Source: Alloascoidea hylecoeti (lineage: Eukaryota). Taken from it: DNA of 64,000 nt. The position numbers and the translations under genes are program-made. Location: positions 373,981 through 437,980 of the forward strand of contig BCKZ01000019.1 of NCBI GenBank assembly GCA_001600815.1, in the 5' to 3' direction. The notes under the pieces were generated by a model that was given only the letters and a program-made list of their open reading frames with translations, did not search any database and had not been told where the DNA came from. Positions within the stretch are counted from its first letter, which is position 1. The number at the start of each line of letters is the position of its first letter. Positions 24,380 to 37,000 of the stretch are shown here, piece after piece.

Positions 24380-24706
24380 ATATATACTTAATGGCCCTAT
24401 CCATGTAGGATAAAATATCTATCCATAACCCTGGGATCACGATGAATTGATTTTGTGTGAAGGAGATATCGAGGTGTTAGAGGTGTCCTATTTGCCAGAA
24501 TTGAATCCATTTGAGCACATATGGAATCTCCTCAAAAGAAAGTTCAACATTCGGTAGGAATTGAGATTATCAGGCTTCCAAATGCTGTAGAGATGAATGA
24601 AGATCTATTTTTTGAGTCTCTGTCAAAAGATTGGAATCTCATGGATCGGGATACCATTGATAAGCTGCTTCTGCTGTTTGTTAAAGGAGCCAATAATAAA
24701 TATTAG
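24380..24706 (+). mobile_element. Tc1/mariner transposase relic (C-terminal DDE half)
   Basis: Frameshifted translation *DKISIH...*F...IEVLEVSYLPELNPFEHIWNLLKRK matches QDNAPIH..W..WP.YSPDLNPIE.IW..LK; it ends KDWNLMDRDTIDKLL..KGANNKY*, like the Tc1 GG.TKY terminus. Confidence 0.8.
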
Positions 24707-25440
24707 ATATCGATCTAAAATATCATATTGCATAGATTAACATAATCTTTAGTATCTACGGAGCATTATGGTTTAAAGCCTCTTAGAGTATTGATAAGCA
24801 ACAACATGAAATGAAATTGTGTAGAAACTAAATTGTGGTACAATTTCATATTAAGTGATTAATACAGTTAACTTTAAAGTATAAATAATTTATGACAAAT
24901 AGCAACTTTTTAAGAAAAACAAGAATCTACATAAAATTACTTTGCAATGGTGTTCATCAGTATTCAGTATATATACGTAGTTGGATATAATATTATTTAG
25001 AGGGGTGTTTGAGAAAAGCTTTAGGTATGCTAAGGCATTAAGAACGTCCCAATTTGACAACCCGTGGGTCCGTGATTTCTTTTTGAAAGGGTTGCCGAGG
25101 ACGAATCAAGTAATGGTACTAGTATCATTTAAACTTTGAACAATCCTCAGATAAAACATAATCTGACTAAGCATAGTAGCCTCATTTCAAATAGATAGCT
25201 TAGTATATAAAGAGATAGACTTTCCTTTGGTATATAACGTCTCATTCTCTCATCTCCATATATTGTCTCACAACTTTTTATATCATTACTCTACTTTTAG
25301 ATATGTTATTCAATTCCTTCATTTTGGTGTGCCGGTCTATAACATCTATAATCTTTCAGTGCCCTAAGGCTAATATTATTTTTAGATATATTATTCAGTT
25401 CTGGTCTTTATCTATAATGAATATTGGAATATGCTAATAT

Positions 25441-25559
25441 TGAGAAGAGCTATTGGTTTCATCCTTTTCAATGCCACATATGTTAAACAATTTAACTTTT
25501 TACAGTAAGTTGTTCCACACAGGTGACATTCAAAGGGATTAAGTCAATAGCTCTTCTCA
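25441..25559. repeat. Long imperfect inverted repeat (54-bp arms, 11-nt loop)
   Basis: 25441-25494 versus the reverse complement of 25506-25559: 43/54 identical by manual alignment; the outer 15 bp (TGAGAAGAGCTATTG) are perfect. Confidence 0.9.
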
Positions 25560-27182
25560 GAGCACTATTAACCTCCTAATTCGATAACTCCGATATTATT
25601 TATCAGGTACGAATTCATCAACGATTGAGTTTCTAACTTTTTTACAAATTAATTATAAGCCTTATATAGGCCCTATAGTTTTGACAATTTTCGGCTTCAA
25701 AAGTTGTAACTTAAATATATTATTGGCTGAATTCCAATCTTTACTTGCACAAAATCATATGATGTCGATATCAATTGAAAGTAGTTGTTTTTCCTGTGGA
25801 ATAACGTGGCGAAACTTGAACCCGAACCCAGTTAGTTTATCTTAGGAAAATAAGACCTGACTGTTTTATTCTTGCTTTATGTAGATCACGTGATATATAC
25901 GATTCGGTTTATAATGATACTTTATCAGGATTATCGCATTATTTAGTGTTCCTTTCATCCCCTCAGGAGATAATTCAGCTTTGGTGGATCCGGATTATGT
26001 TTTTGTTTACGATAGATTGGGCTTTCATCCCTTGTTTGTCTTAAGTTCTTCGGTTTTTAGTTTTATAATTAGTACTGTGCATAGTTGTTATCGCTTTAAG
26101 ATCACCAATGTATAATAATACAATCATGTATTAACAGATATAGTATAACTTTTACATTAAAATATTACAATTATACAAGACGTCAAAGCTTTTAAATTCG
26201 GGTCGAATCGACTTGCTTTGGTTGCAGCTATATTTTTATATTTGATGGTGAAATAAACTGTAATAGCCGTCTTTTGTATTAACGTCGGAAAGTCGAAGTT
26301 TGAAACACCAGTTTCCATTGAATTTTCATAATAAAAAAAACACGATTTTGGATAATGTGGAGCTTAAAGCATCGTTTGTTGTTACAGTCGCATAGGATTA
26401 GCTCATAATTCAACACTTTACTGTTCTCCTCTCGGTTGCGATGGTGGGATATTGGCTTATAATCTTATATTAGATTGGACTTAATCACCAATTGCAATTG
26501 TAAATGTTTTTGTGGCATCTAGAAATATCATAATAAGCTTTAAATATTAAACACAATGTACCTGGATTATTGCAACCGTTTCAGCTAACATTACAGTGTT
26601 TCAACATTGTTTCATTTCTCTCCCGCGAATGCTCAATTTTATTCTTCTATCTGTTAATGATTGCTGCCTTTATTGTTGTATGAAACAATTAGATATAATT
26701 AATGATAATGATATTGTTATATACTCATACGTATAACTTACATGATCCCAGTACAGCTATACGATAATTATAATGTAGATGTTTCTATTATATAAAAGAC
26801 TAAAGTTTTAAATTTAAATATATAAAGTATAATAAGTATATCAAAAGTAAATAAATCTATGTATAAAAAGCACAAAATCGCAATATCACAAATCAAATCG
26901 GTAAATAAAAGAGAAAAAAAGTTTTATTTTCTATAATGATATATATATAACATACCTCATGACCCGATTTAGTTAATTGTTGATAGAGACCACTTTAAAT
27001 AAATTTAAATAGATAGTTCTGTTTATGAATATAAAATGAAATGAAATAATAAATACAAATATATGTATATATGCCCGGTACGTACCCAATACCTTTATAA
27101 TTTAAATAAGTACTCGATATCTTTATCTATTAAGTGTATCACATATAGAGGTGCATGTGCCATCATCAGGTTTAAATTTTCT

Positions 27183-28175
27183 TTAAACAATATTATCATT
27201 TTTTCTTGGAGCCTTGTCGGTTGAAGGTAACATAACCATTTCAGTATCAGGCTTTGAGGTAACAGTCACCTCTGATTGAGCATTACAACTATCACGTCTA
27301 GATCTATCAGCGTTTTCATACTGATAGGTATTATAACTGTCTCTAAGAGTTTCATCACGTTCTTGGGTAAGTAATGCTTCTTGAGCATATTCGGGAGAAT
27401 CGGATGGAGAAATATGAATACCAGGAATGCGATTTAAGAATCTTGCAATTCCAGATTCGACCTGTTTCTCTTGAACGTAACGTTTCGAACTCTTGGCGGC
27501 TGGGTATAAGTCCCAGGCAAGATCTATAAGGTAGGTGCCATACCAGAATGCAAGAGTCCATTCACACACAGCAGCCTGATTTTGATAATCTAATTTACTT
27601 GATATAACAAAACCCAAAGCTAAGCCAAGTGCTGAAAGCATCCATAAAAATTTGAAATAACATGATATTCGAAGCTGAATAACTTCTCTGTGTGCTTTAT
27701 CCAAAATTGAAAATTCGGATGCAATACATCCGGTTGAAATTAACATGCCAACTAAAAATACACCAAGCATTGAAATATGAACATTATGATGTCGCTTTGT
27801 ATCAAAAATGGATAGGAATATAATCCCTAACTGTCCTAAAAACCCAAAGACGATTGCCAGTATACTAAGTGTCCGATCTTTCTTCTGCGTATTGGGAATT
27901 AATCTTCTTTTATGTCTGAGAAATCTCTCAGATAACAGCGCCAAAAAGAAAAATAGGCCCTGGATAATTGTAAATGTAATAAATAAAGGCTGTACAGCAG
28001 TGGCACCAATATCTGATATATAAATAAACGTAAGCTTATCACTAGTGAAGGAATAATGAGGTCTTCCTTTACCTGCCCAGTAACCGAGCATTCCTATCAA
28101 GCAAACCCACCAGAATATTACGGCAAGTATCGGCAAGCCCCAATGATGAACAGGACTCAACTTTCTAAGATTCAT
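27183..28175 (-). CDS. SFK1: Sfk1 (Frag1/DRAM/Sfk1 family) plasma-membrane protein
   Basis: About six TM segments; W...GRPHY, YISDIGA..QPLFI, SERFLRH..RL, LSIFDTKRHHNVH, AAVCEWTLAF. Confidence 0.88.
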   Translation of the reverse strand: MNLRKLSPVHHWGLPILAVIFWWVCLIGMLGYWAGKGRPHYSFTSDKLTFIYISDIGATAVQPLFITFTIIQGLFFFLALLSERFLRHKRRLIPNTQKKDRTLSILAIVFGFLGQLGIIFLSIFDTKRHHNVHISMLGVFLVGMLISTGCIASEFSILDKAHREVIQLRISCYFKFLWMLSALGLALGFVISSKLDYQNQAAVCEWTLAFWYGTYLIDLAWDLYPAAKSSKRYVQEKQVESGIARFLNRIPGIHISPSDSPEYAQEALLTQERDETLRDSYNTYQYENADRSRRDSCNAQSEVTVTSKPDTEMVMLPSTDKAPRKNDNIV

Positions 28176-29434
28176 TGCGTATGGGATGCTTCAATGAGTC
28201 ATAAATCAAAAATTAACCAATGTGAAGTACAAAAAGAAGAAATCAGAAAAGATTTTAGTAAGAAAGTGGGAAGTGTTTGTATATATAAATCTGAAATATT
28301 AATTAAATTTATAGTATGCTCGTTATGTTGCTTAGCCTTTGTGCGAGCCGCATATACATACTCAATTAATTATTCCTCAATAGCTTATAAAAGTCCAAAA
28401 TTGTTAATAGATAGTTAAGGCTGTATCTATATGTTACATGACTTAACCCAAAATCAAAAAGACGTCAGCATTGAAATTTGTTGCTCGGTCGTGTGACATG
28501 TTTTTTTTATTTCTAATTCTTTTTAATTGCCTTTAAGTTTACAATTAATTGCGATTACAAACTGTCAGTTTAATCGGACGATCGCCTTTACTCTTAATTT
28601 CTTGGAAGTTTTTTTGTGCGCGGATGTTTCGAAACGCCTACACGAAGATACTATTTATAAATCGGAAAATCAAAACGAAATGAATGTGTTACCTATAAAC
28701 TTAAAAAGACTGAATAAGCGTTTTAATGCATGGCTTACCAATACCTGCAACTTACATCATCGATTAGATATAGATTTAGATTTTTCCGCGTTTATCTCTT
28801 TGGACCTGAAGTGAAAACTTATGTGACTTTCATAGTACTCATATATACACGATTTGATGGGAAATCGGTTGCCAAAAAGAAATACTAAACTTAGCTAATT
28901 GGAACGAAATCAATTTCAAAAAATATACGGGCAATTGCAACGTTAACAAACAAATTTGATTTTGATACCTGTGATTTACGATTTACCTCAAAATATAAAT
29001 CTTTGGCAGTTCGATGACTCATATAAATGGTACTTTTACGTGGTTATGAAATAGAATGGATAGCTAAATAGCTTAGGTATAAGCCTTATATTGATCAATA
29101 TTAATTGCAAGAATATTTCCCGTGAGCTCGCGTGAGAGGTCTGATAGCCACAGATCTGTTACCCGGGGTACATGATGCACTATAGTATGTACTTCTCCAT
29201 AAGTTAGATCAATTAGAGGGATTTAACAAATGACAGCAAGAAAGCATTTACAATCGCTATATATCGATCTATAATATGATAAGCTTAAGATTTATATAAT
29301 GTCAAGATCCCAAAACGACAAAGTTTCATACATCTATATTATAATTATTATTAACTGGTCTACATCTGTGGCAAAAGTTTTTGTTTAAAATAGGTATAAT
29401 TTACGGTTAGCCGTTATTTCCGATTTTACTTATA

Positions 29435-30024
29435 CAGCCGGGTCAAGTCTAAAACTACGCTTTTTATCGGGCAAACTTCCACATTCCACCCTAAGAAGCC
29501 TTCTGAAAAAACATATGGGACATTTTCAGCATGTAAAAGGGCTTTTCTGAATGAGAAGAATTAGATGAAGATAATGTATGAAGATATATTGGCATGGACT
29601 GGTCTCAGAACGATAGGAATGGTGTTTTATTCAGTGACGAATGTTTGGTCGTTACAGTTTCGAATTCCGGAATAGTATAAGCTCTACTACAATCAGCCTA
29701 GCCTTGAACCTCAAAATAATATATTTAAGGAACTCTGGGCTGAACTTTGGAAAGATGGCTGTGGACTTAGTATGAAGTACTATTAGGGCCCTATTATACC
29801 TCGTAGTGTGTCGCAGTCGTTCATGACATTAAGGGCGCTAGCACTAAAAAGAGTTTAAGATTTCATTTTATATAGACTGTTATAATATCTAGAATTTACG
29901 CAACATGATTCACGACTTTAGGAACAGTTTAAGGCCTTGTAGAGTGCTCACTGCTCACTGTTCAGTAACTGGTTACGATATATTTGATGTGGTGCGAAAA
30001 AGAAGCTTAGACTTGACCCGGCTA
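29435..30024 (+). mobile_element. Internally deleted Tc1-like element (590 bp) with TIRs and a TA target-site duplication
   Basis: Left TIR CAGCCGGGTCAAGTCTAA (29435-29452) and right TTAGACTTGACCCGGCTA (30007-30024) match 17/18; TA lies on both flanks. Internal peptides KRAFLNEKN, DWSQNDRNGVLFSDE (first catalytic D) and IKGASTK. Confidence 0.88.
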
Positions 30025-30286
30025 TACCGAGAGTAGATAATACATGTAGATTCTGAAACAATACAGCTTTATAAATATATTATAATTATTATTGATCTAT
30101 CTGTGATTCTGTGACGAAAGTTTTGTTGATTGCAATTGTGTTACTTCCCGTTCTACTAAAACCTAGTACTCGTCATAACTATATTATATAACTTTATGGT
30201 GAATAGAATATAGATCCATTAATGTTAAATAAATAATCTGCTGACTAGTATAATTAGACCTCGGTTAATAAACAGGAGTTTACTCT

Positions 30287-30983
30287 AGTAGTCGCAAAGG
30301 TCTCGCACAGACCCATGACAATACTCTCGCACGGCCTTCTCCAAACGTAAACCCCGAAGTCTTTGTCACTCGTCCGCAATCGCCAACATTTAATGTTAAA
30401 TTACAAAAGAAGCCTCAGAGCTCTTGTATCAACAGACAAGGAAGTGGGAATAGTTCAAGTCATGGCAAGAAGTATACCAAACTATGACAAACACCAAAGT
30501 GAATGTGCTAATTAATTTGCCGTTTTGAAAAAGATCGTTAACTGCATTTTAGTTTTATATAACTTATAATTATTAGTTGGTGGACCAAAAATATTAAGGA
30601 TGCATCACCAAAAAAAAAAAAATAGAACGCCATTACTGGCCATTATGCGAGTAATAATTGGGTAGATGGTTTTCTCAGGAGGAATTCGAGGATTTATATT
30701 ACCAATACAAGGGGACTATACGTATATAGGTTTCTTAGCTAGTAATAAAGAGGACCTTGAGCGGTGGTATTAATACCTTGATACCCAAATATCACAACAG
30801 CCACAGTGTAACGACGTCACAGAAAAATTTATTAGGATAAGTAGTCTATATATATACAGAGAATCTAGTTAATTATATACGTTGTTGTTGGTGGTTGTTT
30901 TAGTAAACATTATATTAATATAACTTTAGTGGTGTTTTTGAATGTGTGAAAGTATTGGTCTGTGCGAGACCTTTGGAAGTACT
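30287..30983. mobile_element. Second TIR-bounded non-autonomous element, probably Tc1-derived
   Basis: Perfect 19-bp inverted repeat CAAAGGTCTCGCACAGACC (30295-30313 / 30957-30975) with imperfect extension on both sides; weak Tc1 C-terminal-like peptides inside (SWQEV, VNVLINLP, VGGPK). Exact ends uncertain. Confidence 0.7.
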
Positions 30984-31999
30984 CTGTTATTTTAGAAATC
31001 AACCTTTCACATCTTTTTTCTCCACTTGCAACTTCAGCATTTTCTTCAAATTTTGTATCTACAATCCCCTCAGAATTTTAGGAATTGCTTTAGGTTTGAG
31101 TTACCCCCTTTAAGATAAATGTGTAATTAAGCTATAATAATAAGATCACAATATGTAGGTGCCATCTCCATCTTTATTTTCATTTAACCCAAAATTGAAC
31201 TGAAATATCATTGACAGTATTACATAAATATGTCCCTCTCATCTTTCTTATCTCTAATTTTGGTAAACTCATGAACAATAGGTATTTTCGAGAAATAAAC
31301 GTATCTAAAGGTTTACATATACATACTCACTCCGGGTGAAAACAAACAAAACTTCCGGAGTGTATTTTTACTGAATGAATTGCAGGAATCATTGATTTCC
31401 GTCTAAAGTTCCTTACATTTAATCAAGCTTGGTGTTCACTGTTCACTGTCCAGTATACCTGCTCCCTTTATATATTTAATTTCATCGTTACGTAGAGATT
31501 TTAGATATTTGTGAAGGTTACTACTGATTACTATCGACAATGAATGAAATATCCATTTCTCATACAAGTCCTGATGCATATGTTAATCCACTCTTTCGTC
31601 CATACACCCGGAGGTTTCTACTCTGATATTCCGGATTTGATTTTTCTGTGATTATATTTTTAGATGATTATGAGAGTGACTTATTCAGCTCTTTTTCACT
31701 TTCTAAAAGGAAGACCTATAACCTTTTATATTTAAGTTACCTGGTTTGTGATAAAAAAAGTTTCAAACTATATAAGGTATAGTACTGTTTGCGATTATAT
31801 TGAGTTTAAATTTTATTTACGACCTTCGAATCAAGAGAATAGCACCAGTTAGCCTTGGGATAATTCTCTCAGAAAACTTATTACATTGATGTATCCTTAA
31901 TTTGATTCTTTACAGTTCCATAGATTCTAATATCTATTAGCGCTAGCGCTGGCTATTATTGAAAATCTTAAGCTTGTTGTAGTCAACCTCTGACCTTCT

Positions 32000-32780
32000 C
32001 AACTAGTCAAATCGCAAAACTTTTCGGTATGCGTTTCTGTCTTGCTTTAGGAGAGATTGCATGTCGGTATAACACCTTTCAATGAAAACTCATGTTCATC
32101 AAGGGTTAGAGATACTAACAACTTAGTAACAAGTACTACGTATACCTTTATTATTACAATACTCGAGCTTTATCATGTCACGTGGTAGACACATTGTCGT
32201 TATTTTGGAAACCCGGGTTAAAGAGATCAAAAGTTACGGTAAGTAAGGCCTATATATAAATTTAAGTATTAGAAAAGTACACATCTTACAGAAGAATTAA
32301 AAATTATTAAGTTTTGGTCTTTACGTTTGAAATCTTTAATCTGTAACAAGCTAAACGTGGTATGTATCAAAAACAAAAAGATATTGTTGATAAAAGCATA
32401 TACATTACTATGTGCTCCCCTGGTACTGTGTCATCCGGAGTATTTAGATGTGTAGTCAAGAAAATTAGAGAGAGGTTTTCAATCAACTTTGAATTCTTGA
32501 AGAATAATATCATTACGTATCAGCTTTATTAATGGGACCAGTAATCCGGACTTGCCTGTCGTACCATTATTGGAATATAGAAACGAACTTTGGTATCCAA
32601 CTATAAAGAAAGACATGCTACTTTTATTTTACATAATAGTTGAGGGAGAAAATTTTTGGATGCTATTAAATAAACTCCCATTAATATTGAAAACATACAC
32701 AAGGTATAAGAAAATTGGGGGTAAGAATCCCATCTCTATTAAACGAAGGACTCAAACAGCTATAGCTAGCTAATATGGAT
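32000..32780 (+). mobile_element. Decayed Ty3/gypsy RNase H-integrase relic
   Basis: Fragments HQGLEILT (TDH..L-like), LLLQYSSFIMSRGRHIV / HVVDTLS (N.VADALS-like), HP..KKIRERF and LWYPTIKKDM (integrase zinc-finger region-like). Heavily disrupted. Confidence 0.4.
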
Positions 32781-34049
32781 TTAACAGGAGACTTAAACCT
32801 TCTGAACTCTAAGGCTTTAAAATAATAGGATCATAACTCAATAGCAAGCTTGGTTTGATAGAAGTATAGATGAAACATTTTATAGCATTTTTTTTTTTTT
32901 TTTTTTGATGTGAAGCTCTACCCTCAAGTTGTTTACCTTTCCTTTATATTTAAAAACAGAGGCGCGAAAGATAAAATGATTATTGCACATACAAGCCTGT
33001 CGATTGTATGAAGACTTACACAAGGTTTGGTTTAGCCCGCAAGATGGTGTTCACCACCGTCCTCATTGCTACTCCAAAAGGCATAGAAAACCTAGCAAAG
33101 GTTGTTGAAAATGTTCATCTTCCTGGCACGTATTAAACACTCACTTAAGCTTTAAATTTTTTTTCCATCAATGGACCACAACAATTTAAGAGTCAGGTCT
33201 ACTTTGTTTTTAATCGATTCGAGCCACCAAAAAGGATGTGTGTCCTGTATATTATCATTTCAATACCTGATGATTGTGGTTAAAACATACTTTTTAAACC
33301 TTCTTGACATAAATAATTTACTATATAACTAAACAATTCCACTGGAAACGACTGAAATAATATACCAGTAATATTCGCTTATGATCACATTCTAATGGGT
33401 TTTGTGAGTTGCTCATAATATAAGAATAATTTATAAATATATATATATATCATATTCGACCCACATGATTAACAAAAAAAGAAATTTTCGGGTATAATTT
33501 TCGAACGAAATTATTTCTTAGACAGTTTCTAAATCTGTGTCAAATATTTGAGTTAAAGGTATTTTATAAATGTAAAAATTTTAACTACTGAACAATAATA
33601 TCTAATATAAGTAATAACTTTATATAAGTGTGGTCGATTCTATAAGTTAGAGCTGAATATTAAATTTACGATTATAAGTGGCCAATCGTTAATGCCTATA
33701 TCAAATTAAGGTATTTTTTGCCATGTTTCTGTAACCTTAAGCTTTAAATCAATGACAAGTAACGAAACTGTCTATATTGAGGTCTAGTTTCATCGATCTA
33801 TGGCTAAGTTCAAGTTGGTTTATTCCATTGTATAGCTACCTGTCGGCAATGGAACAAAGAAAAGTATCTGTGACCGGTATGTATAAGAGTAACCTACACC
33901 TTATCACAACCTTGATACTGCGCTTTATTTGGAAAAATTAAGGTAAATTGACTTTTCGATGGATCTAGAGTAAATATCTGACCGGACTCATTTCTTTTTC
34001 GCTCTCTTTTAATTAACCTTTTTTATGTCACCACTCCTTTCCTGTCGAG

Positions 34050-37000
34050 ATGAATCTGCCATCGAGTAATCAGAATCAAATTACTCAAGGTCTGAATATG
34101 TCACATCACACTAGCGGCGATTCTGTGAACAATAATCAACAACAACAACTACCTCAACGACAACCTCAACGACAACCTCAACCCCAACCTCAACCTCAAC
34201 TACAACATCTACAGCAACGATATCACCATCAGCTACAACCACCACCATCACAACAACTGCAACAATATCAACCGCCACCACAACAACAGCAACAACAACT
34301 CCAACAACCTGGAAATGGGTTACCGATGTTAAGTCAAAATATTAGTACGCCGCACCTGGCTGGCGCTGTAGCCCAAGGGACTAGCTATGGTCAACCATAT
34401 CTTGGATCTATGCATGGCCAACCTTCGACATTTAGGCCTCTCGGGTCGCAACTGATTAGTAATAACCTTTCTCTACCAGTCCCACCGGCTTTTGGGATGG
34501 ATGTTGGAACTCTTCACATGATGCAAGAAAGGCCGGTAAAACACGCAAAAAGAAGAAGAGTAGCAAAGGCTTGCGCTCAGTGTAAGCGCCATAAAATTAA
34601 ATGTGATGGTTTGCTACCGTGCGCTCGTTGTAAAAAACATGGACAAATCTGTAAATATACTGGTCCGCTGTCGGGGCAAGCAAATAGTAAACAAGCTGAG
34701 AGCGATTTTTTTGATTACCAACAAAATGATCAATTACAGTCGAGCAACACTAATACGCCAAATTCTAACTATATTAATACTAGAGAACCTACGATAGCAG
34801 ACAGAGATGGGTATGGAAATCGAAATGGAATTGGAGATGATAACTGTATCACCAGTAATGGGTTCAATGTGTCTAAGCCAGGAAATGATGAAACTGCAAC
34901 CGATAGTGTTGTATCAGCGCTTCTTTCTCGAATTTCGGATTTGGAATCTCGCCTATCACAAAAGCCTTTGGAAAAATCGATATCCCATGCATATACAAAT
35001 ACTGCAAATACGACCAACAAAAATTTACCAAAGCAACAAAAAGTTGAAGCAGAATTATTGGAAAAAGTTTTTGACACTTCAATGAAAACACGAATTCCCC
35101 ATCGGTCCCTATTATTATTAACTCCAGGTTTTGGCTCTTATATACACCAATACTTATCAACCGATTCTCAAAAACAAATTACCGCACCAAGAGTTCAAAA
35201 TTATGGTTTCAATTTAGGAGGTCGACATTATTTAAAATCTCGGACGATAACAAACAAGTTTACACTTTTTGAAAAATTAAATAGACAAGAAGTGGATTCA
35301 CTAGTTGAATTTTATTTTAAAGAGGTTAATCCATTTTTTACGATAGTTCATGAAAAGGTCTTTATGGATATTTATAGAAAAACATTGGATATCTCATACC
35401 CGCCCACTAGTAAACCTCTAGTATTGTTTGCCGCAATCACTTCATTAATCTGTGCAATCGCAGTACGATTTTCGGAATCAACTATTATATCTTCAATGAG
35501 ACGTCCTGACTTAATGAACTTTTCGAATTTATCTCCTGGCGTCAAATTCAAATTCACTGCATCTAATAAAAATAACAAAGATACTGTAAGTATTGTTAGT
35601 TCGGATAATAAGTGGAGATTTATTCTAGGATTAGAAGAACAAATGTTTGAAGAGAGTTATAAAATATTAGAAACAATTTCTTTTGATTGGGAATCGGTTG
35701 AAATTGTTCAAGGGTGGCTTTTAGTTTCTTTTTATTTAAGGGCATGCTCAAGACAAGTATCAATATTTAATATTTTAGGAAGGGCAGTTAGAATGTCACA
35801 AGGTTTGGGTATGTCTATTGATCCAGCAAATTATAAATCAATGATGAAATATCACGTTCTAAAAATGAAGAGAATATTTTGCAGTTGCTATACCATTGAT
35901 ATACTTTTCAGTAACGATTGTTGTAGAGTACAAGCTTCGCACGAACCTGAAATTGAATTCCCAAGTTTTGAACTTTGGGAATCTGAATTAAAAGACGGTT
36001 GGTGTTCTCCGATTACTCTTTGTTTAATTCATGTTGCTAATGCGATAAGTAAAATACGTCCTATATCAAGTCTTTATGATAATTCACCCGAAGAATTGGA
36101 ACATGCTCAAGCCTTATTAAATGATTTACAGAGTTATTCAGAAAAATATAATTTGCATTCAGACACAATATTATGCCAAGCAGCTAATATATCACCTCCT
36201 ATTGTCGCTCATTATCGTATAACATATTATGATGCAGTTATTACTATTAATGTGAGAAAACTTTTACCTTTATGTATCGATTCAGATGAAGAAGTTGAAA
36301 CAGCACAAAGAGGTAGAAGTTTATTTAAGTGTCTTGAGGCCTCAAGAGGAATCATAACAGTAATGGAATCTCTAAAATCATTAAATGTTGGGAATTTGTT
36401 GAGACCTTGGTGGAATTTTTTAAAAAGTGTCTATGATGCCACAGTGATTGCAATTATTTTAACGAACAGTAATTTATATATGAAGGAAAATTGCCAAGGT
36501 TTAATTAAAAGGGGTGTTGATTTGATTTGTTTTTATTCAAAAGATGTGGAGGAATTTAACCTCCCACAATTTAGAGAAGGTAGTGGAAAAATGGGGGTCA
36601 ATAAAATAGATATTGATTCCACTATGTTTAGATTGGCAACTGAATGTGAATGGGCTACCAAGACATTAAATAAAATGGTTTTTTTACATTTAAAAGAATT
36701 GTCATCGAGTTTAGTGAATGTTGGACTTGATGAGGGGTCGGCTGATATTAATAAAGAGCGTTTCCATGAAAGAGGTAGATTTGAAAATAATGGATTTGTT
36801 GAGAGTGTAGCTGAATCACATCCCCAAAAGAGTAGAAGAAGTATTGATTCTTTAGTTGGTAATAATCAATCATCTAACATGCCTTTCTCTGGATCTATTA
36901 TTAAATGTAATCAGAATTCAATTTCAACGACTACAAGCAATGATAATAGTAGTGGGACACCGATATCACCACATACAAAACTTCGCACTTCGTCTTCATT

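Noticed and set aside
25800..25870. tRNA-like GGTTCAAGT on the minus strand
   Set aside because: No D arm, anticodon arm or acceptor stem.
33000..33300. MPFG peptide on the minus strand suggesting reverse transcriptase
   Set aside because: Isolated four-residue match without flanking RT motifs.
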